A stretch of DNA of 64,000 nucleotides from an uncultured Nitrospiraceae bacterium (lineage in GTDB: Bacteria > Nitrospirota > Nitrospiria > Nitrospirales > Nitrospiraceae): positions 1,696,001 through 1,760,000 of the forward strand of contig CAVSTP010000004.1 of NCBI GenBank assembly GCA_963730935.1. The letters run 5' to 3'. A program made the position numbers and the translations under genes. The notes below the pieces were generated by a model. That model worked only from the letters and a program-made list of their open reading frames with translations, was not told the origin of the DNA and searched no databases. This document shows, piece by piece, positions 48,359 to 57,444 of this stretch. Numbering within the stretch: the stretch's first letter is position 1; every line of letters begins with the position of its first letter.

Positions 48359-48841
48359 CTACTTCCCCTGTGCCGCGTCTTCCGTCGTTTGGGCTTCCAG
48401 ATACGCGGCGATTTTCTCCAACGCTAACGCGCTCAATTTTGCGCCGTACCACGTCGGCATCGTCTCGACCGGGTAGCCGGGTGCCACGAAGACGCCGGGC
48501 TCGAGCACCGACTCGACGATGTACTCGTGAACGGTCCTCGCCTTGCCCCGATACAGTGGATCACGCAGCCGTTGCGGACCGCTGGTGCCGAGCCACAACG
48601 GAGGGCCGACGCGACCCTCGGCGCCTGCAATGCCTGGGATGCGATGACAGACGGGACAGCCGGCCCGGGTGAAGATGAGCGCGGTCTCCTCCTTGCCGGT
48701 GACGAGAGGCACCATTTCAGGCACCACCACCGGAAGCGGATGAGTCTTGGCAACCGGAGGCAGTCGTGGGGACAGGAACGTCCACAGAAGCCCCAAGACG
48801 ATGGCCGCAAGAATCAGCGTGTTGATCCGTCGGTCAGACAT
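48359..48841 (-). CDS. Membrane-anchored monoheme c-type cytochrome
   Basis: N-terminal TM, CPVCH, GPPL, YIVESVLEP and a distal MP. Confidence 0.85.
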   Translation of the reverse strand: MSDRRINTLILAAIVLGLLWTFLSPRLPPVAKTHPLPVVVPEMVPLVTGKEETALIFTRAGCPVCHRIPGIAGAEGRVGPPLWLGTSGPQRLRDPLYRGKARTVHEYIVESVLEPGVFVAPGYPVETMPTWYGAKLSALALEKIAAYLEAQTTEDAAQGK

Positions 48842-48925
48842 GGAGAGGATGATCGAAACAGGTGGGCGGGGGCGCGATGATGATCATCCGATCACGCAGG
48901 ATCGCAGCCCCTGTGCCCAGGCGGT

Positions 48926-49783
48926 TTACTGAGTGGCGCTCATCGCACAGCGGAACCCGATAGTACGGTCTTCGTACTCCGGTTCCGCGGAGACCCGGGC
49001 AGTGACGCGCAACGACAGCGGGAGATCCGCCCATGAACCCCCTCGAAGGACGCGCTTTTCTCCTTGGGCAGGGCCGGTCGGATTCTTTTTTGGACTGTTC
49101 TGATAGTAGTCGCGATCATACCAGTCCGCCACCCATTCGGCGGCATTTCCAGCCATGTGATTGAGCCCATAGGGGCTCTTGCCCCCCTCTTTCAACCCAT
49201 GGCGCACGCTCATGCCTTCGAGACCGCTCGTTACCGCGGCTAAGGTGATGGCTTCGCTGACCCAAAGACCTCGATTGTAATTCGCGATGTCGACGAAGGG
49301 CTGCATCGAGCCCCACGGGTAGCGCCTGGCGTCCGTCCCCCGCGCGGCCTTTTCCCACTCGGCTTCGGTGGGGAGCCGCTTCCCGGCCCATTTACAGTAG
49401 GCTTCCGCATCGGCCCACTTCATCCCGATCGCCGGCCGGTCACCGACCGTCGTTGCCGCTTCATCATCCCAGGTCGGAGGCGAGTCGTGCTTCCCTGAAT
49501 CGAGGAATTTCCGGTACAGGGCCAACGTCACTTCGTATTGATCGATGTAATACGCATCCAATTCGACGGGATGTTCAGGACGTTCGTTCGGGAGTCCGTC
49601 GTTGCTGCCCATGGTAAACGGACCGGCAGGGATCAGGATCATCGACGCAGCGTCCTTGCCTTTGACCGTCTCAACTGACGTCGCTTTCCCGTCTTTTCCG
49701 GGAGGCGGCGGGCCGGCGGCGAGCGTCAGTGCGCCCACGGCCACGAGAGCCAGCGACCAAGGGATCATCCCCGCGGTTCGCAT
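48926..49783 (-). CDS. SUMF1/FGE-sulfatase domain protein
   Basis: FTMGS, YEVT, RLPTEAEWEKAARG, MAGNAAEW, RGGSW, GFRC; signal peptide; GGAGG RBS before ATG 49783. Confidence 0.9.
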   Translation of the reverse strand: MRTAGMIPWSLALVAVGALTLAAGPPPPGKDGKATSVETVKGKDAASMILIPAGPFTMGSNDGLPNERPEHPVELDAYYIDQYEVTLALYRKFLDSGKHDSPPTWDDEAATTVGDRPAIGMKWADAEAYCKWAGKRLPTEAEWEKAARGTDARRYPWGSMQPFVDIANYNRGLWVSEAITLAAVTSGLEGMSVRHGLKEGGKSPYGLNHMAGNAAEWVADWYDRDYYQNSPKKNPTGPAQGEKRVLRGGSWADLPLSLRVTARVSAEPEYEDRTIGFRCAMSATQ

Positions 49784-49994
49784 AATTCCTCCGTGTTCTG
49801 GAAGTTGAGCGTACACAGCGTAAGTAAGTCTACCCAGCTTACCGAACAAACTCAATGGAACGGCTCGGGGACTGCCCCCTCTTTTGCGTAAGAGATGGAT
49901 CCCCCTTCCTAGGAATGTCTCACGGGGAAAACAGCCATAGCTTTAAGGTGAGACCACGGAGGTGTGAAATGTACGGGCAAGAAGGATCGACGGC

Positions 49995-51083
49995 ATGAGC
50001 ACGTTTGGGATCACAAAGGGCGGCAGCCCACGCATCTACCTCCTCCTCCTCCATGTCATGTTTCTGGCCCTCTACGTAGTCCATTACCAGCCGCTTCCCA
50101 TGACACGGGCACAAGGGTGCCTCGTCATCGCGCTGGCCACAATTACGCTGGTCCTGCTCACAATCCCCCGTGCCCAGCTCGTGACCGCATCCTGCATCGG
50201 CTTCCTGACGCTTGGGAATGGCGGGGTACTCTTCGCTGCCGCAGTCCTGTACGGACTGAACACAGCCTCCTGGATGGCCTGTGCCCTGATGCTCCTGTTG
50301 GCCATGGCCTCCTACGTGACATCAGTTCTCCATTTCGGCCTGTTGAGCAGCCTGGTCATCGGGGGGTATGGCGTCCTGCTCCACCGGGCGGGGCTGCTCG
50401 AAACCGACCAGGTGCTGGTGTTGCCGGCCTTGCTGTGTCTCACGCTGGTCTTCCTGAGTAAGATCAGCATTGCCCAAGCGGAAATTCAGCGGATTGCAGA
50501 CACTGAAGAACAGAGCCGGAAAGAATCGATGTCTGATGCGCTCACGGGACTCCCGAACCGCGCACAGTTTCTCGAGCGCGTCGCTCGTTCCGTGAAGTGC
50601 GGCCAGAACAACCGGGAATTTCACTTTGCCGTGTTGTTCGTGGACTTGGACGGATTCAAACCCATCAATGACCGGTTGGGGCACAAAGCCGGCGATGCGG
50701 TCTTACGCCACACGGCAAAACTTTTTCAGGGCTGCATGCGGAAAGGCGACATGGTCGCTCGATACGGTGGAGACGAATTCACGTTCCTGGTCAACAATGT
50801 CAAGGGACCCTCCGACGCGATCCACGTCGCTGAGCGTATCCTGGCGAAAGTGGAAGCCCCGATCAACGTCGGCGAGCCGGTCAAAGTCGGCGCCAGCATT
50901 GGAATCGCCATAAGCACCAATATCCATGAACGGGCCGAAGACTTGATCCGTGATGCCGATGGGGCGATGTATCAGGCCAAAGCAAGGGGAAAGAACTGCT
51001 ATGTGCTCAGCGACCAGACCTCGAACATCCCGAAGAGTGAATTGAAGGAACGTTGGAAACGGCTCGCCCACCTTCAGTGGTAA
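49995..51083 (+). CDS. Membrane-bound diguanylate cyclase
   Basis: Hydrophobic N-terminus; DALTGLPNR, DLDGFKPIND, RKGD I-site, intact GGDEF. Confidence 0.92.
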   Translation: MSTFGITKGGSPRIYLLLLHVMFLALYVVHYQPLPMTRAQGCLVIALATITLVLLTIPRAQLVTASCIGFLTLGNGGVLFAAAVLYGLNTASWMACALMLLLAMASYVTSVLHFGLLSSLVIGGYGVLLHRAGLLETDQVLVLPALLCLTLVFLSKISIAQAEIQRIADTEEQSRKESMSDALTGLPNRAQFLERVARSVKCGQNNREFHFAVLFVDLDGFKPINDRLGHKAGDAVLRHTAKLFQGCMRKGDMVARYGGDEFTFLVNNVKGPSDAIHVAERILAKVEAPINVGEPVKVGASIGIAISTNIHERAEDLIRDADGAMYQAKARGKNCYVLSDQTSNIPKSELKERWKRLAHLQW

Positions 51084-51121
51084 ACCTGCCGCGAGCGCTC
51101 AGCGTCTGCGCACTGTAGTGA

Positions 51122-51553
51122 CTAATGAATGGCGGCAGACCGCCGATTGATCGATTCGATGATTTCGTCACGGAGCTGCTCAACAGCGGCTTCCTTTGAA
51201 ATGACAGTCGTCGCACCGGCGGCAGTCATCGCTTGACGCGTATCGTCATTGGCGTAGACCGACAACCCGACGACGACGACATGGGGGTACACTCGTTTGA
51301 TCAGCATCGTCGCTTTGATGCCGTCGAGCCGCGGCATATTGATATCCATCACCACCACGGAAGGCTTCAAGACCTGGACCGCCTCGAGCGCTTCTTCTCC
51401 ATTACACGCTTCTCCGACCACTTCAAAGTTCGGATAGGTCGCCAGAATCGCCCGGAGCGTCTGCCGGACGTTTTCGACGTCGTCCACGAGCAGTACCCGA
51501 ATGACATCCGGTCGGCCGGGCGTGCGGTTTACACGACGCGATGCCTGAGACAT
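51122..51553 (-). CDS. Single-domain response regulator (NarL-like receiver)
   Basis: LLVDD, MDINMPRLDG, conserved Lys; no output domain. Confidence 0.88.
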   Translation of the reverse strand: MSQASRRVNRTPGRPDVIRVLLVDDVENVRQTLRAILATYPNFEVVGEACNGEEALEAVQVLKPSVVVMDINMPRLDGIKATMLIKRVYPHVVVVGLSVYANDDTRQAMTAAGATTVISKEAAVEQLRDEIIESINRRSAAIH

Positions 51554-51641
51554 TACAAACTCCCTCCCCTGGTCACAATGCTCTCAACGGCCGAGCGCAA
51601 CGACGCGCTCAGCGGGCTTGGCCGCTCCTGTCCGTTGAATA

Positions 51642-51871
51642 TAGGACTATGCCTTCAGGATGGCAAATTGCACGACCATCCGTAGTCTCATGGAAACCCA
51701 GACATCCGCCACCTAGGTGGATGCCTAGGAACACCTATGCAGTTGCTGTTGGATCACGATACTTTTCGCTCAGAACGGTGGCGATTGCCTTGGCAATGGT
51801 CTCCCCTCTGCAGCACGGGATCTTCAGACCCTATATGCCTGTTCCTAGTTCATGAACTAGGGACTCCCCTA
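51642..51871. promoter_or_regulatory. Cluster of 14-bp TAGG-N6-CCTA-type palindromes
   Basis: TAGGACTATGCCTT 51642, TAGGTGGATGCCTA 51714, TATGCCTGTTCCTA 51834, TAGTTCATGAACTA 51846, TAGGGACTCCCCTA 51858. Confidence 0.6.
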
Positions 51872-51958
51872 GGCGTCTGTGCAGTCGACCGGGCCGGATC
51901 CCCCCTTAAGGCAATGTACTTGCTACTCATCTCACAGACACCTTAGACACAGACGCCT

Positions 51959-52153
51959 ATGCATCTCCACTATAAGGGTCACACCATCGAATTGATCCCC
52001 AGCGCCGAAGGCCTGATGTGGGCCTGGCAATACGTCATCATGAAATTCAACGAGATCAGAAATCGCTGGTTTTCCAGACGGCAATACTTACGATACACGA
52101 GAGGAGCGGAGGCTGCGGCACTGACGAAAGCCCAATCCTTGATCGATGAATGA
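51959..52153 (+). CDS. Small hypothetical protein, possibly degenerate
   Basis: 64-aa ORF (YKGHTIE...AEAAALTKAQSLID); the middle may be frameshifted. Confidence 0.45.
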   Translation: MHLHYKGHTIELIPSAEGLMWAWQYVIMKFNEIRNRWFSRRQYLRYTRGAEAAALTKAQSLIDE

Positions 52154-52188
52154 GCGCGAAACCAGAATCCGTTGAACAGCCTCTCAAG

Positions 52189-52317
52189 GACTTCCGTGGC
52201 CTTGAAGAGGGCCGTGACCTGGTCGCCCTGTGCGAGTTGGAGATCCTCTGCCGCCTGACGTGTAATCGCGGTCGTGAGCTTCCAATTCTGCGCGTCGAGC
52301 GTCACACCGGCCATCGC
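52189..52317 (-). pseudogene. Truncated TOBE/Mop (molybdate-binding) domain remnant
   Basis: AGVTLDAQNWKLTTAITRQAAEDLQLAQGDQVTALFKATEV matches the C-terminal part of a TOBE domain; the N-terminal SARN segment is absent. Confidence 0.65.
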
Positions 52318-52588
52318 GGAGCACAGAGTAATCTCTCGCCTATCGACATGCGGCGTGGCGTCTTCTTTTCTAATGAGCGAAGGTACTAAGAATACGATCT
52401 AGTGGGCAGATGAGACGGGACCTACGGTGACAATCCCCTGAAATGGCGTCGAGTCGAAATGGAACCGACTCCAGTCGGTTTTAAGATGGACCGAATCGCG
52501 ACCTCACGCACCGCCGATCTGGAAGAGTCCGAGGTGGATTGGAGGAAAAACTCGCCACGCCATGCTGCGCAACACCGGTTAGGCGAGT

Positions 52589-53176
52589 CTAATCGACCAC
52601 GTGCTCGTCCACCGCATATCGAACGAGATCCACGAGATTGCGCAATCCCAATTTCTGAAGAAGCCTCGTTTTATACGTGCTCACCGTTTTTTCATTGATC
52701 TCCAGCGCGCGAGCGATGTCCCGCCTTTTTATGCCCCTGACAAGCAAACGCAGCACCTGAATTTCGCGCCCCGAGAGCATCGGGTGACGGACGGGAGGAC
52801 GTTTTACCGTTTCTCCGCGAAGCGCGGCTTTGACGGATTCGACCAATGCCGACGGCGGACGCTCCTTCGAAATATAGGCGACCGCGCCGGCACGCAGCGC
52901 CCGATCGGCATACTGCTCCTCCGCGTAGAGACTAAACACAAGTATCGGCGTCTCGGGGCAGCAGGATCTCGCTTTCTTGACGATGTCGAGGCCGTGATGT
53001 CCGGGGAGATTGATGTCCACGACGACAACCGCCCAGCGGCGGCCGCAGACCTCCTCGAAAACTCCATCCGTGCCAGGCGAGGTTGTGATCGCTAAAGAAG
53101 GCACCGCCTTCTGGAGCAGGGCTTTGATCCCTTCTCGCACGATGGGGTGATCGTCGATTACCAGCCCCTGTTGCAT
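52589..53176 (-). CDS. NarL/LuxR-family response regulator (REC + HTH)
   Basis: IDDHPIVREG, VDINLPG, LSGREIQVL..KTVSTYKTRLLQKL. Start 53176 (alternative 53230). Confidence 0.92.
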   Translation of the reverse strand: MQQGLVIDDHPIVREGIKALLQKAVPSLAITTSPGTDGVFEEVCGRRWAVVVVDINLPGHHGLDIVKKARSCCPETPILVFSLYAEEQYADRALRAGAVAYISKERPPSALVESVKAALRGETVKRPPVRHPMLSGREIQVLRLLVRGIKRRDIARALEINEKTVSTYKTRLLQKLGLRNLVDLVRYAVDEHVVD

Positions 53177-53414
53177 CACGAGCTGGGGAGCGCTTTTCGC
53201 GACGGCGATGAGTGGCGTGATGGAAGACAATCGCTGTCCCCTATTTCTTGATGTGGCGCTTTGTATAGGTGGCTGATTTGCAGGAGTATAGTGAATGCAT
53301 GTCGTTTGTCTATCAGTGTTCGCCTACAGACTTGTAGGCAAAAAGGCTGGGGCGCAGAATGACGAGGAACGGCGAAATGGGCATGGCTCGGTCGAGTGAG
53401 GCCCGACCAGATCG

Positions 53415-53588
53415 TCACGCGGCAGTCATGGGTCTCGGCACCTTTTCTGGATACCACCGCCTGCCGCAGTTAAAGCACACGTATTGAAGAATTACCACGC
53501 CCGTTTGCAGGTCGACCGCCGTCTCGGCTCGCAAACTACCTTGGCACCTGTGGCAGCGCTGTACGTTGGTTGTCCGCTCTGAAGCCAT
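53415..53588 (-). CDS. Small zinc-ribbon protein
   Basis: 57 aa with CHRC...CFNCG. Confidence 0.7.
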   Translation of the reverse strand: MASERTTNVQRCHRCQGSLRAETAVDLQTGVVILQYVCFNCGRRWYPEKVPRPMTAA

Positions 53589-53796
53589 AGAGTTCACTCT
53601 CTCATGAAGCCGTCCTTCATGCTGCCAGGAAAAGTTCCTGAGTCCATCGTCCTCTTCCCTGGTCTCTGTACCGATTGGGTCTCAGAGCTTATAGTTGGAA
53701 ATCAGAGATTGATCCACAAGGGTCTCCCCTAGTCGACTTAGGTTCTTCTCCCCATATGCTGGTATGGGGTTGCGTCCAAGCGGTTGGGAGACAGAG

Positions 53797-54303
53797 ATGC
53801 TCGAACGCCTACTTGGTGCTTTTCCAGAGGTCATTCAATTGCTGCGTGATGATCACAAGCTGGTACGGTCATTGTTCGCACAGTACGCCAAGGCAAGCAA
53901 CGGGGGAAAGCCTCAGATCGCGCACCGCATTATCCGCGAACTCACAATTCATGCGGCTATCGAAGAGCGCGTCGTCTACCCAGCCTTTCGAGCAGTCTTT
54001 CAGGATCCCCACATGATCTACAAGGCCGTCGAGGAGCATCAGCTTGTGCACGCCTTGCTCGACAAATTGAGTAAATTCCGCCCCGGCCCCGGTTCGGCCA
54101 CGTTCGATGCAAGGTTCAAGGTGCTCAGAGACCTGGTCAAACATCATGTCGACGAAGAAGAGAGCCGGGTCTTTCCGAAAGCCGAGGCTCATAAGCTCGA
54201 TTGGAAGGGTCTGTTCGATAAGGCGCAAAAGCTCAAACGGCAGCCGCCGGAAAATCGGCAGAAAAAAAGCCGGCCGAAATCGCCTCATCCTCGAGCTGCG
54301 TAG
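53797..54303 (+). CDS. Hemerythrin-like (HHE) domain protein
   Basis: DDH, HAAIEE..VYP, EEH, HVDEEE..FP; basic tail. Confidence 0.9.
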   Translation: MLERLLGAFPEVIQLLRDDHKLVRSLFAQYAKASNGGKPQIAHRIIRELTIHAAIEERVVYPAFRAVFQDPHMIYKAVEEHQLVHALLDKLSKFRPGPGSATFDARFKVLRDLVKHHVDEEESRVFPKAEAHKLDWKGLFDKAQKLKRQPPENRQKKSRPKSPHPRAA

Positions 54304-54343
54304 CCACGTAATCACTGATTCGAACACACACAAGAGGTCTGAT

Positions 54344-54508
54344 ATGAAACGATGTGCGGTGCCGTTATGTACTTGCCAGATCTCCGAAGGGAAAGAATTC
54401 TGCAGCGACGAATGCCGCAATAGTCTGCCGTCGGGCCTCTGTCATTGCCCCCACAAGGAATGCCGCGGCCATACGTCGAAATTGTCAGGTGAGTCGCAGC
54501 AGCGGTAA
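54344..54508 (+). CDS. Bacterial metallothionein-like protein
   Basis: MKRCAVPLCTCQISEGKEFCSDECRNSLPSGLCHCPHKECRGH...; 54 aa, 8 Cys, 3 His; AAGAGG RBS. Confidence 0.75.
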   Translation: MKRCAVPLCTCQISEGKEFCSDECRNSLPSGLCHCPHKECRGHTSKLSGESQQR

Positions 54509-54678
54509 CCGGAGAGACCACCGCTAGTGATCGCCAGTCGCATCGTGCGTGGACCGAGTCTCGGCTCGCGCGCAGCAAATGCGCGCTTCGCTGTCGACGG
54601 AGTTCGACAAGCAGCAGGTGGAGATTGTCTGACACACGAAACTAGCGGACGCGATCGGAAGGAGGCTTGAAACAGGGG

Positions 54679-55407
54679 CTATGCGCGCGGCTTCGAGCAA
54701 TCGGAAGCGTGCCTCGCCTTACACAACTGGTATCTGCCGTTTTCGGCCCAGAATCGTAACGATTCATAGACGTCAGCCCACGAGTTGAATGATTCTGCAC
54801 TGAGTTTCTTTCCGCCGACTCGCCGGTCGACACCCGCTCTCAGCACCTCTCCGGTTTGTGAGTCGGTCACTTTCGCCTCGATCACCGCTTCTCCTTTGAA
54901 TGCCGGTTTTCCCGTTGCGACATTCTTGAGCATCGACCCCACGGCGAGGGCATTCATGGGCGCCGGAATGGTCGACACTACGTCCAACATTGGCCACGAC
55001 TCTTCGAGATGAGTAATCGCGACCTGCGCCCGCAAGGTATCGGGACCGGGCTTGTCCACCATTTCATAGTCCTTGGAGACTTCCTGATAGATCAGCGCAT
55101 AAAACGTGTCGGCCATGAGCTGTGCCTGATGCTGGGAGATGCCTTCCATTTTAGAGTGCGGACCTCGGAAGATCAGGACCGGATCGAGCATGAATTTCTT
55201 GTAGGTATTGGGCGGAATCTGGGCTACACGAGGATTTTTATAGATGAGCAGCGACTCTCCGGCATGCTCATCGCCCTCGATCATCTGAGGATACAGATCC
55301 TTCAGAAATCCCAGCCGTTCCACGGTCCTGGCCTGCTTCGTGGCGGCGCACGCCGGACCGACCAGAATTCCCGCGATGAGCAGGACGCTCAGCAGCCGTA
55401 TGTTCAT
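54679..55407 (-). CDS. DUF3313-like exported protein or lipoprotein
   Basis: Signal peptide with PAC; GFLKD, PGPDTLRAQVAIT, EAKVTDSQTGEVL..VDRR. Confidence 0.75.
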   Translation of the reverse strand: MNIRLLSVLLIAGILVGPACAATKQARTVERLGFLKDLYPQMIEGDEHAGESLLIYKNPRVAQIPPNTYKKFMLDPVLIFRGPHSKMEGISQHQAQLMADTFYALIYQEVSKDYEMVDKPGPDTLRAQVAITHLEESWPMLDVVSTIPAPMNALAVGSMLKNVATGKPAFKGEAVIEAKVTDSQTGEVLRAGVDRRVGGKKLSAESFNSWADVYESLRFWAENGRYQLCKARHASDCSKPRA

Positions 55408-55472
55408 GTGATCACTCAGATCTCCATCAGCCGTGAAGCGCGAAGAGCCGTAAACGGTATTCTGGATCTCAG

Positions 55473-55901
55473 CTAGGCGAACGCTTTGGCTCTAACCACA
55501 GCGAGAGCTTGTTGAACGGTATGCTCCAGCTCTTGTACCGTCGTACTCTGCTTGAGCAGGCAAGCCTGAGCCCCATTGTGCTTGGCCATATCAAACAAAT
55601 TCGGATGCGGCAGGTGCGTGAGGACAATCACGGCCACTTGCGGGCGCTGCCGGTCAGGCACCAGTTCGAGCAGGACGTGGAACCCTGATTCGGGCATATC
55701 GAGGTCGAGCACAACGCAATCGACAGTGCGGGCACGGCAGAGCTCGAGTCCGGCGGCGGCGCTGGATGATTCCAACACCGTGTAATTCTCAGAGGACCGT
55801 CGCAGCAAATCAGACCAATACTTGAGGTCTTCTGCGTTGTCGTCGATGACCAGAACGGTTGCGGGCACCGTCGCCTGTGCAAATGAAACCGCACTGGCCA
55901 T
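55473..55901 (-). CDS. Single-domain response regulator
   Basis: LVIDD, VLDLDMP, VLT, LLK. Start moved to 55901. Confidence 0.85.
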   Translation of the reverse strand: MASAVSFAQATVPATVLVIDDNAEDLKYWSDLLRRSSENYTVLESSSAAAGLELCRARTVDCVVLDLDMPESGFHVLLELVPDRQRPQVAVIVLTHLPHPNLFDMAKHNGAQACLLKQSTTVQELEHTVQQALAVVRAKAFA

Positions 55902-56296
55902 ACACCTTACGCCTTTTCTCATATGCCGGGCCTGTGCGGAGGCCGTCGGCACATGGTAATGGAGTGAACGGGAGGGCATGCTGTCCGATCTCGAGAAAAT
56001 TGTCAAGCAGCGACTCAACACACGGGCAACTCGCGTTTCCCTCTACTCTGTGTCCTACGCCAGCAGCCGGGCAGGCCACCTGATGGGTGTTTCCAGAGCA
56101 ACAATCGCTGAACCTTGCAACCCGAGCATACCTCTGTTATGGGATCGATCCTCGCCGAACTCGTGTTTCGGGCCACTCAAGAAATGAGGAAGGATGGATT
56201 ACCGACGAGCGAGAAAGGCATTCTGACCGTCGTCAACCCGCTGTATGTGTTTCAGAACGGGTAGCGGCAGGCCGGTGTACTTCAAGGGTAATAAAA

Positions 56297-56674
56297 CTAG
56301 GCAGCAGCATTCTTAATGCACTCATACAATTCGTCGACGGCCTTTTCCTTGGTTAATACCTTAACCGCTCCAGCCTTCAGCATTGCGTCAACCTGATACC
56401 CCTGTCCGGTGACTGAGAGGCCAAGAACGGTCACCTGGGAATGCTGACTCTTGAGAAGCCGCGTGGCGGCCACGCCATCCATTCTCGGCATGCTGATGTC
56501 CATAACGACGACGGCCGGCTGCGCGGCGGACACCTTTGACACTGCCTCTGCACCGTCGCTTGCCTCATCGACCACTTCGATATCGGGATAGGATTGAAGA
56601 AGCGTCCGTAATCCCTGCCGAAACATGGTGTGGTCGTCCACGAGAAACACTCGAATGCGCTGTGCGGTGACCAT
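56297..56674 (-). CDS. Single-domain response regulator (NarL-like receiver)
   Basis: FLVDDH, MDISMPRMDG, GLS, LTK. Confidence 0.9.
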   Translation of the reverse strand: MVTAQRIRVFLVDDHTMFRQGLRTLLQSYPDIEVVDEASDGAEAVSKVSAAQPAVVVMDISMPRMDGVAATRLLKSQHSQVTVLGLSVTGQGYQVDAMLKAGAVKVLTKEKAVDELYECIKNAAA

Positions 56675-56734
56675 GATGATCCCTCAAGCGGCTGGACAAG
56701 TATGGGTCTGGTGTTCGAGATCGGAAGGACTAGA

Positions 56735-56917
56735 TCAGAACCGAACGGTTACCTCATGCACCTGGTGCTCAGTCTCCGCCAAGGTGAGCCCACTCAACCG
56801 CCATCTCCATGCATGATCAGAAGTCTCCTCGGGGAAAGACACCTGTTCCATGATCCCTTGCTCATTCAGAGATGTGGCGTGCAATGGTCGCTGAACATAC
56901 CAGTTGGCGTTGTGCAT
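56735..56917 (-). CDS. Small hypothetical protein (60 aa)
   Basis: Very strong AAGGAGGAGGAG RBS before ATG 56917 (MHNANWYVQRPL...). Confidence 0.6.
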   Translation of the reverse strand: MHNANWYVQRPLHATSLNEQGIMEQVSFPEETSDHAWRWRLSGLTLAETEHQVHEVTVRF

Positions 56918-57444
56918 GTGACTCCTCCTCCTTGAGTAAATGCGAGGGCAAATTACTGGAGAAGCCGTAGATTTGTAGCTCGGTGATTCCCTAGCCAGTA
57001 CTCTTATGAGCGTTTCTAGAAAGTTTTCTAGAAGCAGAACATCAGTCCGATTGGTCCGACACGAACCGTTCGTTAGTCCCCTCCCCTCCCAATAGTTCAC
57101 CCACAGTTTTACGACAGTCGAACCCCAAGGCGGACCAAAAACCGGAGGGAAGATGCTTTGGCACCAACTCGATTTTCCGCAGGGATACGCGTATCCTTTC
57201 GTTAGGTCAATCATGAAGTAATTCTTGCCCGTCACCAAGTGCGACGGGCCTAGGTGCCGTCTAAGATCGAAGCACGAGTCCCTCCGTCAGAGAGTGGAAC
57301 AATTGGCTTGAAGCCAAGGATATACCTAAACCGCGATATGATTTCTGCGATAGCGTTGAAATCACTGCGATGGATGAGACTCAGTCTTCTTGTGCGTGAG
57401 AAGATTTTTTGCTAGGACGACATCCCCGGTCACGAGGGCCTTAC

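Noticed and set aside
54107..54343. N-terminal part of the 133-aa ORF
   Set aside because: Overlaps the hemerythrin gene out of frame; only the Cys-rich part from ATG 54344 has an RBS.
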